Virus record (IMG/VR): IMGVR_UViG_3300021371_000011
Length of the DNA stretch: 64,000 nucleotides
Source: an uncultured virus (IMG/VR IMGVR_UViG_3300021371_000011)
Lineage: Duplodnaviria > Heunggongvirae > Uroviricota > Caudoviricetes
Reading direction: 5' to 3' (one strand)
The notes under the pieces were generated by a model, which did no database searches, was not told where the DNA came from, and saw only the letters and a program-made list of their open reading frames with translations. Positions 8,366 through 17,705 of the stretch are shown piece by piece (position 1 is the first letter of the stretch; each line of letters starts with the position of its first letter). The position numbers and the translations under genes are program-made.

Positions 8366-9889
8366 ATGGAAAATATATTACATGGAGAAGAAGCGAGAGA
8401 CAAATTACTCTTAGGGGTAAACAAAGTCGCTAATGCAATCAAAGGCACACTAGGTGCTAATGCGGGGACTGTAATAATACAGAACCCTGCGGGACTACCC
8501 TTAATTCTTAATGATGGTGTGTCTATCACTAAGTCTATTACCGACCCCGACCCTTACGTGCAAATGGGAATCAATCTAATGCAAGAGGTGGCTCACGAAG
8601 CACAAAGTAAATCGGGAGATGGTACTACTACTGCTACTATCTTAGCACAGGCATTGTGTAATACAATGGCTGATGATGATACAGATAATATTAAGATAAA
8701 AGAAACTCTTAATACTATGTGTAAGTTTATAGTAGATGAATTAAAAGACATGGCTACTGATGTTAATGACGATGACTTACTAGATGTATGTATTGTCGCA
8801 TCTAATAATGATGTAGAATTAGGTAGGTTGATACACCAAGCACTTTTGGCTGTAGGCGAAGAAGGTAATGTGATAATAGAAAGCAATTCCGATAACACTA
8901 CTACATGGTCTTTAACCGAAGGGCTTGTTATGGATAGTGGGTATGTAAACAAACTGATGGCTAATGCAGATAGAGAGAAGTGTATTTATGACAATGCCTC
9001 TATACTTTTAACACAAGAGAAAATAGAAACTTTCAATCATATAGTCCCTGCACTAGAATTATCTATGAAAGCAGGTAAACCTTTAGTGATAGTTTGCCAT
9101 GATTATAACCCAAGCATACTACCTAACTTACTTGTTAATATTATGCAAGGTAAATTAAATGTCTGTATAGTTAAGACGGCAGGTTTCGGTGATACTCAAG
9201 ACCATTGGCTTCAAGATATAGAAGCGAAATGTGGTGGTAAAGTATTCAATTCATTTGACAGTATTATTACGGTAAAAGAACATGAGTTAGGTGTGTGTGA
9301 TAAAGTAGAGATAACTTCTACTACATCTACATTCATTAAGGATGGGGTAGATGAGGATTACATAGGTAATCTTACCTCAATACTAACTCAAGTAGAAACG
9401 GATTTTGAACGTGAGATAGTAGAGAATAGAATTGCTAGACTGACTTCGGGTATCGCATCTATTAAAGTAGGTGGAATTACCGACATAGAACAAAGAGAAC
9501 GTAGAGAACGTGTAGACGATGCTGTCAATGCCGCTACTCTTGCTAGGAAACAAGGCGTAGTATGTGGTGGTGGAGTAGCACTTAAGGATATTTGGTGGAA
9601 AACCCATGAAACTGTTGATAAGATGGATGGCGTAAAGTACTTTGATGCAATCCTAGCACCTATGAAACAGATTTTATCTAATAGTAGTATTGTACTAGGA
9701 AAAAGTGGACTGTTAATGTGGAAGGAAAAAGACATAGGTTGGAACGCAGTTTCAAGAAAAACTGAAAACTTGAGATTTCATGGTATTATTGACCCTGTTG
9801 GAGTAAGTATCAACGCTGTTGAATCCGCTTTCTCTATCGCTATACTACTACTTACTACTGATTGTGCTATAATTGCACCACAGGAGTAA
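8366..9889 (+). CDS. groEL: Group I chaperonin GroEL-like
   Basis: GVNKVANAIKGTLG, NDGVSI, GDGTTTA, GFGD, ERVDDAVNA, GGGVAL, GIIDP. Confidence 0.93.
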   Translation: MENILHGEEARDKLLLGVNKVANAIKGTLGANAGTVIIQNPAGLPLILNDGVSITKSITDPDPYVQMGINLMQEVAHEAQSKSGDGTTTATILAQALCNTMADDDTDNIKIKETLNTMCKFIVDELKDMATDVNDDDLLDVCIVASNNDVELGRLIHQALLAVGEEGNVIIESNSDNTTTWSLTEGLVMDSGYVNKLMANADREKCIYDNASILLTQEKIETFNHIVPALELSMKAGKPLVIVCHDYNPSILPNLLVNIMQGKLNVCIVKTAGFGDTQDHWLQDIEAKCGGKVFNSFDSIITVKEHELGVCDKVEITSTTSTFIKDGVDEDYIGNLTSILTQVETDFEREIVENRIARLTSGIASIKVGGITDIEQRERRERVDDAVNAATLARKQGVVCGGGVALKDIWWKTHETVDKMDGVKYFDAILAPMKQILSNSSIVLGKSGLLMWKEKDIGWNAVSRKTENLRFHGIIDPVGVSINAVESAFSIAILLLTTDCAIIAPQE

Positions 9890-9891
9890 AC

Positions 9892-9921
9892 TATATAACC
9901 GTAAGAAAATGAGGTATTAAT
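9892..9921 (+). promoter_or_regulatory. Promoter TATATAACCGTAAGAAAATGAGG
   Basis: Near-identical to 5710-5739; ATG 30 nt from the TATA box. Confidence 0.7.
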
Positions 9922-10866
9922 ATGACATGGGGAACACAAGCACCACAAACGACTAAGACGACAGAAGCACCACAAGGAGTGGTGTATAACGAAGAATACT
10001 ACCGTAATATCTTCAAGAACAACAAATCACAATCCGTTGATTTGCGTATGGGATTGGTAGGTTGGGAAAACACCGCTAAGACAGGACTAGCACTATCTAT
10101 GATGGATGCAGAAATCAAAGCAGGTAAAAAGGTAGCAGTATTTGATGTAGATAATTCAGCAAAGTCTACCGTAGATTATATCTATCCCGATGCAGAAAAC
10201 ATTATGGTAATACCATTACATGATGAAACAGATGATTCTATCTTTGATACAGATAACAACGTAGATTACAAAGCATTGGTTGATAAGACTAATTGGTTTG
10301 TAAACATTCTAGCAGAAGAGGTAGCAGCCAATCCCGATGATTGGGCGGGTGTAGTATTCGATGGTGGTTCAACATTCCTAAAGTGGTGTGAACACGCTAT
10401 GAGAGCGTCATTACTAAGTCGTGGTATCATTGAAACAGAAGATGGTACTTTTAACCAAAAAGAATGGCGAGAACGTAATCGTATGAACAGAAATGTTCTA
10501 ACTAGGATTCATGCTTTGCCTGTACCTAAAGTATTCTTTACCTTCCACCTAAAACCTGTACAGCAGTATATGGATGACGGCACAGGTAAGAAAGTACTAA
10601 TGACAGTCGGTGATAGACCCGATTGGGACAAAGGTACTATGCGTAAGTTTTCGCAACAGATTTTCCTAAATAGATACATGAAAAAGGCAGACGTAGCCGC
10701 AGGTGTTAAGGGTGATAAAACCCTAGCCGATGGTGAGTGGGCTATCAAAGGTACTATTGAGGAAATGAAAGGTAAGAACATGGAGTATGTAGGTACAACA
10801 CATACTATTTTGACGGTGAAAAGCGGGAAGGTAGAGTGGACAGGACTACCTTTCTTAAATGAGTGA
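9922..10866 (+). CDS. P-loop ATPase (AAA_24/Sak4/RecA-like), putative recombination or annealing protein
   Basis: Walker A GWENTAKT, VFDVD, Walker B VVFDG. Confidence 0.65.
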   Translation: MTWGTQAPQTTKTTEAPQGVVYNEEYYRNIFKNNKSQSVDLRMGLVGWENTAKTGLALSMMDAEIKAGKKVAVFDVDNSAKSTVDYIYPDAENIMVIPLHDETDDSIFDTDNNVDYKALVDKTNWFVNILAEEVAANPDDWAGVVFDGGSTFLKWCEHAMRASLLSRGIIETEDGTFNQKEWRERNRMNRNVLTRIHALPVPKVFFTFHLKPVQQYMDDGTGKKVLMTVGDRPDWDKGTMRKFSQQIFLNRYMKKADVAAGVKGDKTLADGEWAIKGTIEEMKGKNMEYVGTTHTILTVKSGKVEWTGLPFLNE

Positions 10867-10875
10867 GGTGATAAT

Positions 10876-11703
10876 ATGCAATCTATCGTAGATACACAAT
10901 CGTTGATATGGTTGCTAAAGTGTACACAACGTAGACAAACCATTTCCGGTAAAAATATACCACAAGTTTCGGCTTGTATGTTGAATGCCGTAGGTGGTAG
11001 AATGTCTACTTGTTCTCTCACTAAAGATGGTGTATCATCTGTAGGTATCTTCTCGATACCATCTACAGGAGAAGCCAAAATACCTGTTAGCGACATAGAG
11101 ACTATGTTGGGAATACTAAAGTATCATGGAAATGCTTTGACCTTAACTTATGATAATGATAAGTTAAAACTAAAGTCTAGGTATAAGCAAACAACGCTTA
11201 CTGCTTCCGAGAATGCTTTGGCTTTCCCACATAGTCCTACCACATTAAATGAGTGGTCTAATACATCAATAACATTTGCCGCAAAACTAAATGTAGGTAA
11301 TGAAATAGGATATACTATGAATGATGGTAGTATCTTACAACCTGCTTGTTCTTGGGAATCGGTAGATGCAGTACGTTTATTTGAAGCAGTTAGATGTGAT
11401 GAAATGAACGGACAAAAATTAAACACATTCACTTTTAAGGGAGATGAAAACGGACTTAGTGTTGTCGTTGGTAAGGAATTAAAGGGTAGAACAGAATATG
11501 AGTTAGATAGGAGAAGCACTCAATGGCCTTTCATGGCTACCTATCAAGGTGGATTCAATAATCTATTTGCTAACATTAACGGTAAAATAAACTTATACTT
11601 TTTTGATTTCACACAATGGGAACAAGGCGTTAAATTACTTATAACTTTAGGTGATGGCGACTTTATTTTCCAATCAGCACTATTAGGAGATGAATATATA
11701 TGA
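10876..11703 (+). CDS. Putative DNA sliding clamp (divergent PCNA-like)
   Basis: 275 aa with a two-domain alpha/beta pattern; RFC and PolB are nearby; GAGGTGA RBS. Confidence 0.5.
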   Translation: MQSIVDTQSLIWLLKCTQRRQTISGKNIPQVSACMLNAVGGRMSTCSLTKDGVSSVGIFSIPSTGEAKIPVSDIETMLGILKYHGNALTLTYDNDKLKLKSRYKQTTLTASENALAFPHSPTTLNEWSNTSITFAAKLNVGNEIGYTMNDGSILQPACSWESVDAVRLFEAVRCDEMNGQKLNTFTFKGDENGLSVVVGKELKGRTEYELDRRSTQWPFMATYQGGFNNLFANINGKINLYFFDFTQWEQGVKLLITLGDGDFIFQSALLGDEYI

Positions 11704-12056
11704 TTATAAGTTTAGATGTGAAGGCATATCCGGTATCTGATGATGTAGAGTACCCTACATGGTACACTATACCTTACTTCGATGTTTGCGTACCCAACCC
11801 CGAAACAGAATCGGATGGTCTTACTACATTTACATTTAAGGGCAAAAATGACGAAAATTATGTAGTATCTATAAAGGTTAGGCAGGAATTAGACCCATTG
11901 TATCGTGATAGAATATGGTTAGATAAAGAATACACCGAGATGGAAAGAAGCATGGCCGACATAGCAGACCAATTCGGTATTACACCTGCCGCTATCAATC
12001 AATGGTTAAATAAATACGATATACCTACTAGAAATAGGGGTAGAAACCATGAGTAA
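11700..12056 (+). CDS. C-terminal HTH protein
   Basis: RSMADIADQFGITPAAINQWLNKYDI. Confidence 0.7.
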   Translation: MIISLDVKAYPVSDDVEYPTWYTIPYFDVCVPNPETESDGLTTFTFKGKNDENYVVSIKVRQELDPLYRDRIWLDKEYTEMERSMADIADQFGITPAAINQWLNKYDIPTRNRGRNHE

Positions 12057-12231
12057 TTGTGAACATTGTGGTAAACCTTTAGTACCTATTGGTACTTCCC
12101 GTAAAAATGGAAAGGCTACGCACAATGATTGGGGTACACGTAGACTACACAAGAAATGTTGGATGGAATTAAAAGATTATAACCGTAAGATTAGGTGGAA
12201 TAGTTATGATAGTAGAGCAAGGCAAAGGTAG
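12049..12231 (+). CDS. Zn-finger microprotein
   Basis: CEHC...HKKC. Confidence 0.6.
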   Translation: MSNCEHCGKPLVPIGTSRKNGKATHNDWGTRRLHKKCWMELKDYNRKIRWNSYDSRARQR

Positions 12232-14446
12232 AGAAGTCCTAGTGAGGTATAGAGATGCACAAGGAAATAGAAAAACCGAGTCAATCAAAGGCCACTATCC
12301 GTACTGTTTTATTGAGACTGATAATGCCCCTTATGTAGAAGATTGTATAAGAAAAGAAGATGGTTATACAGGTCTTTATGGGGAAGATTTAACTAAGATT
12401 GTTGTTTCGCATAACTCGGAGTTAAGGAATCTATCTTATTACGGGGCAACATGGGAAGCAAACGTACCTTATGTTAATCGTGTACTTATAGATAGGCTAA
12501 AAGAAAAAGATAACAAACCTTTTGAAAATTATAAACATAGGACTTGGTATCTTGATTGTGAATGGTCGCCCGCAACAAGCCAAATGAGGGTGATAGTAGT
12601 TTATGATAATTTTACGGAAAATGAATATGTATGGTTTGTATGCCCTTCTATTAAAGAAGAAGGTTTGGCTGATGGCGAGCCTAAAAGGTTCGATACATAC
12701 GGTGATTACGAATACCCTACCCCTGCACTCGGATTTGGTAGTGAAAGGGATATGCTTATTCATTTTTTGCGACACATGAAGAAGCAAGACCCCGATATTA
12801 TCACAGGGTGGTATGTCGTTGGGGCTGATATTAGAACGATAGTAGAAAGAAGTAGGGCTTGCGGTCTTAATCCCGCCACACTATCTCCTATGAGAAGAAT
12901 TAGATATAAGTTTGGTGATTGGGAACAACCAATAGTAGGTAGAAACTGTATAGATTTGATGATAGCATTCTCTAAAATATGGGAATTGAAAAACGGTAAA
13001 TTACCTTCTTACAAATTGGATGATGTTGCTAGTGAGGTTTTAGGGGAAAAGAAAGTAGACTTGCCCGATGGACATGACACTTACTATTCAGACTTACCTT
13101 TGTATGTACATTATTGTAGACAAGACGTAAGATTACTACCTAGACTTGACTCAAAAGTAAATGCTTTAGATTACTATACTGCTTTACAACACGTTGTACA
13201 ATGCGATTTGCGTTCCACACCGTTTATTACCAAGATGTTCACAAGTCTAGCATTGAAGGATGAGAAGTTTGATAAGAGAATACCTACACAACCACAGTTT
13301 CCTTATACACCTTATGACGGGGCTAATGTATTAGAGCCGGAAACAGGTGTGTATGAAAACGTAGGTATCTTAGACATAAAGGCTATGTACCACAGCAACG
13401 TACACAAGTATGGTATATCATGGGACACGCTAGACCCCGAAGGTGAGGATTGTGGTAATGGTAGTAAGTTTAACGTAAAAGAAAAGGGATTACTTTGTAG
13501 ATTAATGGATGATATGACTTATCTAAGGAACGAAAACAAACTTAAAATGCTTATGAGTGATACTGTAGAACAGAAAAACAAATGGGATATTATGCAATTT
13601 GCTTGTAAGTCATTAGTAGCATCTATGTATGGTGTAGCGGGTGATTCTAAGTACGGCTTTTATCACCCCGAAGTAGCATCTGCTATCACATATACATCAA
13701 GGAATACTCTTGAGGAATTAATGTATCACGCTGAAAACGTAGGCTTCAAAGTTTACTATGGACATACTGATTCTATATTCTGTAATATACCTAATCCCGA
13801 AGAGGGTATGAAGGCACTAAAAATATTCAATGAAGAAATGTCTCCAATAGAAACCGAGTTTGAGAAGTGGTGTCCTAGTATGTTGATTATGGCTAAGAAT
13901 AGATATGCCGGAAAAGTAAGTTGGACTGATGGTTCTTATCACGACCCCAAAACTTATGTTAAGGGAATAGAATTAAAACAATCAAGGATGCCTAGTGTAA
14001 TGAAATTGTGTATGAATACAGTTATTGATGGTATATTGGATGGTACAGACCAAAAAGAAATCACACAAAGTATATCCTCTCTTGTTGATGATGTAGTTAA
14101 GGGAAAAGTAGACCCTTCCGACCTATGTATGAAGGGTAAACTAGAGAGAAACCTAGATGATTATAAGGTATTATCGGGTTCTTCCGCAGGTGCGGCTTGG
14201 GCTAATGAGTTTCTAGGTAAAGGATATAGAAAAGGTTCATTCTTCAAAGTTTCTATTGATGAGAACGGTAAATACATAGCATTTGATGACCCGTCTGATA
14301 TAGAGGGCGTAGCAAAAATAGGTAATAAGATTCTTGCACAAAGATTTATCTTAAATAAAATAGAGCCTTATTACAATTTAGCCCAATGGGATATTCAACC
14401 TATACATAACTCTTTAGAGGGTATGAGTGGGATGAAATGGTTGTAG
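12206..14446 (+). CDS. polB: Family B DNA polymerase
   Basis: Exo motifs DCE, DIITGWY..D, YCRQDV; polymerase motifs DIKAMYHS, KSLVASMYG, YGHTDS, KNRY, KGIE; TATA at 12176, 30 nt upstream. Confidence 0.95.
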   Translation: MIVEQGKGREVLVRYRDAQGNRKTESIKGHYPYCFIETDNAPYVEDCIRKEDGYTGLYGEDLTKIVVSHNSELRNLSYYGATWEANVPYVNRVLIDRLKEKDNKPFENYKHRTWYLDCEWSPATSQMRVIVVYDNFTENEYVWFVCPSIKEEGLADGEPKRFDTYGDYEYPTPALGFGSERDMLIHFLRHMKKQDPDIITGWYVVGADIRTIVERSRACGLNPATLSPMRRIRYKFGDWEQPIVGRNCIDLMIAFSKIWELKNGKLPSYKLDDVASEVLGEKKVDLPDGHDTYYSDLPLYVHYCRQDVRLLPRLDSKVNALDYYTALQHVVQCDLRSTPFITKMFTSLALKDEKFDKRIPTQPQFPYTPYDGANVLEPETGVYENVGILDIKAMYHSNVHKYGISWDTLDPEGEDCGNGSKFNVKEKGLLCRLMDDMTYLRNENKLKMLMSDTVEQKNKWDIMQFACKSLVASMYGVAGDSKYGFYHPEVASAITYTSRNTLEELMYHAENVGFKVYYGHTDSIFCNIPNPEEGMKALKIFNEEMSPIETEFEKWCPSMLIMAKNRYAGKVSWTDGSYHDPKTYVKGIELKQSRMPSVMKLCMNTVIDGILDGTDQKEITQSISSLVDDVVKGKVDPSDLCMKGKLERNLDDYKVLSGSSAGAAWANEFLGKGYRKGSFFKVSIDENGKYIAFDDPSDIEGVAKIGNKILAQRFILNKIEPYYNLAQWDIQPIHNSLEGMSGMKWL

Positions 14447-14481
14447 ATAAGTATATAACCGAAAGAAAAGGAGTTAATAAT

Positions 14482-14790
14482 ATGTCCAACGCAAGCGATA
14501 TAAGAGAATTACAAGAGAAACAAGAAAACTTAACTAAAGGCGTAGTACAAGCATTTGAACACGTTAGTTTTGACTATGCTAAATTACAAACGATGTTCTT
14601 CGCACTACTACAAGACTTAGGTAAAACAGATACTTTGTTTTGCTCGGATTGTGATGAAGAAGTTATGAGGCCATTATTGTCTCAATTGCCTGTAGAAAAT
14701 ACCTGCCCTATGTGCGGTGGTGATTTAGTCATTGATACTTCACAAACTACTGTTGATGATTGGGATAACGCTAAGGTAGAAGAAGAGTGA
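14482..14790 (+). CDS. Coiled-coil plus Zn-ribbon protein
   Basis: CSDC..CPMC; ATG 14482 lies 30 nt after TATATAAC at 14452. Confidence 0.65.
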   Translation: MSNASDIRELQEKQENLTKGVVQAFEHVSFDYAKLQTMFFALLQDLGKTDTLFCSDCDEEVMRPLLSQLPVENTCPMCGGDLVIDTSQTTVDDWDNAKVEEE

Positions 14791-14794
14791 TTAT

Positions 14795-15661
14795 ATGAAA
14801 GCGACACAAGAGCAGACTAATAATTCTTCATACAGACCTACAGAAAAGAAATGGTTGAGGATAAGTAAATCATCTTTGATGACATACATGATGTGTCCTA
14901 GACAATTTTATTGGCGGTATATAGCAGATATACCTAGCCCACCACCTAGTGAGGCCGCCATTCGTGGTGGTAAAATACACAAGGTAATGGAGATAGGTCT
15001 ACTAGAAGGGTCAGATAAAATAATGAGTGCCGCCATAGAAGAAGGTGTGGCTGATGACGTAGGGGTAGATAGCCTCAATATGTTATTACATCAGATAGCA
15101 CATGACATGGGCGGCTTTGACATAGTAGAAGCGGAAATTAAGCACCAAGTAGCAGAAAAATACAACGGCTACAATATTATTTGGGTTGGTATGATTGACG
15201 GTGTTATTAGACACCCCGATGGTGGTTTAATTCTCATGGAATTGAAAACAGGTAAAATGAATATGGGTAAACTAGGTAGGACTAGAAAGGAATTAGTCTA
15301 CTATTCTAGGCTTTTAAGTAAACTAGGGTACGATGAACCCATAACACATTTTATGTATATCTCTCCCGATTATGAAATACCCGAAGATGGTAATGATAAA
15401 TTATTATTAGAAGGAAACAAGAGAGGTAAAAGTTTGTGGTTGGGTGCGGAACGTGGGATTGCTATTCTTGAGAAGATAAACAAGCGAAGTATAAATGCTT
15501 TCTCGGAATCATTAAGTAGCACTATCGAGTCGCTAGTAATCCAACAGTACCCTATGAATTGGAACGACTATTTTTGCCCTTTATGGTGCGAGTTTAACAT
15601 GAATTGTGAGTCCGAGATGACAGGGTACGTTGATAACGGATTAGGTGAATGGAATGAGTAG
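14795..15661 (+). CDS. Cas4/RecB-like PD-(D/E)XK nuclease
   Basis: SKSSL..CPRQF, GMIDG, MELKTG, terminal CPLWCEF..C (Fe-S cluster pattern). Confidence 0.85.
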   Translation: MKATQEQTNNSSYRPTEKKWLRISKSSLMTYMMCPRQFYWRYIADIPSPPPSEAAIRGGKIHKVMEIGLLEGSDKIMSAAIEEGVADDVGVDSLNMLLHQIAHDMGGFDIVEAEIKHQVAEKYNGYNIIWVGMIDGVIRHPDGGLILMELKTGKMNMGKLGRTRKELVYYSRLLSKLGYDEPITHFMYISPDYEIPEDGNDKLLLEGNKRGKSLWLGAERGIAILEKINKRSINAFSESLSSTIESLVIQQYPMNWNDYFCPLWCEFNMNCESEMTGYVDNGLGEWNE

Positions 15662-15809
15662 AATTAATGTATGTGCGGCTTGCGGGACTAGCGAATCTTG
15701 GGTAGACCAAGATATTATGTGGAGAGTAATGGGTGAAGAGGGTGCAGACCCCGAAGAGATTACCGTAATTACTTGTAAATGTGGTAATAAACAAAAGAAA
15801 GAAGAGTGA
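15654..15809 (+). CDS. 51-aa Zn-ribbon microprotein (not in ORF track)
   Basis: MSRINVCAACG...TCKCGN; GGTGA RBS; fills the gap between genes. Confidence 0.6.
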   Translation: MSRINVCAACGTSESWVDQDIMWRVMGEEGADPEEITVITCKCGNKQKKEE

Positions 15810-15813
15810 TTTT

Positions 15814-16827
15814 ATGCTTAGTTTTCCTAGAGAGATTGGTCTTAGGCGTAAGATTTGTAAATCTCAAGAGGAATATGATATTTACGTTAAAAGTATTAAT
15901 GGTAAATCTTCTTGTTATACATCTTTGTATAGTTTTCAACAAATGCACCCTAATATGTCTTGGAAAGTAGACCCCGAAACGGTCATCATGGATAGAGCGT
16001 GGTGGGATTTTGATATTGTAGAGGGTGGTACTCTCGATGATGTAAAAAGAGATGTAGCAGTTTTACTAAATAGACTTAAGGGAGATGTAAGGTTAGTCTT
16101 TACAGGTAGAGGATTTCATATCCATCAGATGTTCGATAAAAATGTTATTGGTACTACCATAGCCAAGCACGTTGATAGGTACGAGAGAGAGGTCGCTAAG
16201 GGGTTAAAAACACTAGATGGTGTAGGTCATCCCCTTAAACTTACACGAATACCGGACACATATAACACGACAAGAAAAAAGTGGGCGGTCAATGTAGATT
16301 TAGATGCTTTCAAAGCAGACCCTTTGGGATATAAGATACCGGAAAGACCTAACCCATCTCTTAAAATCAATGACCCTTTTAAGGGAAAAGAAAAACAATC
16401 AAACTTTAGTATCATAAAATGGATTGCTAATAATCCTTTACAGGTAGAATACCTACCTATTACGGGTAGTTTTGACGGAAATATAACTTCTGCTAGTCAG
16501 ATACCAATACCACCATGTATAGATAATGCTATGAGGCATGAGAATCCTAGACATGAGGTAAGAATAGCGTTGGCTCAACATCTGTATGAGAATCTTAGAT
16601 GGTTTGCACACCCTAGTACATTAACGGTAAAACAAAAAAGTGATATTACAGAAGAAATTGTAGATTTTATATCAACATTAGGGTGGAGAGACTTTAATGA
16701 GTACACAAGTAGGAAGCACGTTAGAAGTTTACTCAATTATGAGAGGACACCCTCATGTTCTTGGCTTCAAACAAGAGGATTATGTGAAGCCTCTTGTTGG
16801 AGAGATGACGGTACAAGGAGAAGATAA
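15814..16827 (+). CDS. Archaeo-eukaryotic primase, PriS-PriL fusion
   Basis: WWDFD, FTGRGFH, RIP motifs; C-terminal PPCI..H..R..CSWL..GLC..C resembles the PriL Fe-S domain. Confidence 0.85.
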   Translation: MLSFPREIGLRRKICKSQEEYDIYVKSINGKSSCYTSLYSFQQMHPNMSWKVDPETVIMDRAWWDFDIVEGGTLDDVKRDVAVLLNRLKGDVRLVFTGRGFHIHQMFDKNVIGTTIAKHVDRYEREVAKGLKTLDGVGHPLKLTRIPDTYNTTRKKWAVNVDLDAFKADPLGYKIPERPNPSLKINDPFKGKEKQSNFSIIKWIANNPLQVEYLPITGSFDGNITSASQIPIPPCIDNAMRHENPRHEVRIALAQHLYENLRWFAHPSTLTVKQKSDITEEIVDFISTLGWRDFNEYTSRKHVRSLLNYERTPSCSWLQTRGLCEASCWRDDGTRRR

Positions 16828-16828
16828 T

Positions 16829-16975
16829 ATGATGCGAACACCCAAACACTCAAGAGTATTTTTTGAAGTAGTAAATGAGGAATGTAATTTCTGTAAAAGC
16901 AGACTAGGTTTCCTTTACCCTAAAAATATGCCGCCTGTATGTATGAATTGTAGTATGGAAAAACAATCCTCTTAA
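16829..16975 (+). CDS. Zn-ribbon microprotein
   Basis: CNFC..CMNC; the ATG follows the primase stop. Confidence 0.5.
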   Translation: MMRTPKHSRVFFEVVNEECNFCKSRLGFLYPKNMPPVCMNCSMEKQSS

Positions 16976-17000
16976 ATACAGTAATAATACTGTATCAATT

Positions 17001-17705
17001 GTGCTTCTGATAGATGACCGAGAAAACCCTAAAGTAATTAATAAGTTGTTAATGAGATTGGGTGAAGAAAACACCCAAGTTTTACGGATGGCTTCTTCTG
17101 ATTACAGAATAGGTTCTTGGGGAATTGAGGCAAAAGAAATAAATGATTTGTACCGTAGTATCTTAGGTCTAGGTAGAAATGGTAGAACAATAGTACATCA
17201 ATTAAGAGAATTACAAGAAGATTTTGATAATCCTATGTTAGTAGTCTACGGTACTAAACTAAAACCGTATGTTCATGGTGGTAGACCGTCAGCAAAACAG
17301 ATAGCCATAGAGATGTCTAGGATGAAAAAAGTAAATCAACAATTCAAAATGACATTTTACCAAAGATTTCCTAAAATTAAGTACATGGAATTGACTACTA
17401 TGGATGATTTTGTTGAATGGTTGGTAATAAATCATACACAAACACAAGTAAAAGAGGCTACAGGTCTTAATGTTATGGAAAAAGAAACAAGAAGTGCTGC
17501 TGAAATGAGTAATTTAGACCCAAGAGTAGCGGCTTTATGTTCCCTTAAAGGTATTTCTGTACAGAATGCAGAAGATTTACTAAAAGAGTTTGGTAGCATA
17601 CCTAAAATACTAAGAAGTAGGACTACGCAGAAATCTATTATGGAAATCAAGGGTCTAGGTAGACTTAAAGCACAAACAATTTTAGGGTTGAGAGAGCCTT
17701 ACTGA
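17001..17705 (+). CDS. ERCC4/XPF-family nuclease with HhH motifs (putative resolvase)
   Basis: LIDDRE, SDY, IEAKEIND, LKGIS..AEDLLKEFGSI, IKGLG; CTTAAATA 30 nt upstream. Confidence 0.85.
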   Translation: MLLIDDRENPKVINKLLMRLGEENTQVLRMASSDYRIGSWGIEAKEINDLYRSILGLGRNGRTIVHQLRELQEDFDNPMLVVYGTKLKPYVHGGRPSAKQIAIEMSRMKKVNQQFKMTFYQRFPKIKYMELTTMDDFVEWLVINHTQTQVKEATGLNVMEKETRSAAEMSNLDPRVAALCSLKGISVQNAEDLLKEFGSIPKILRSRTTQKSIMEIKGLGRLKAQTILGLREPY

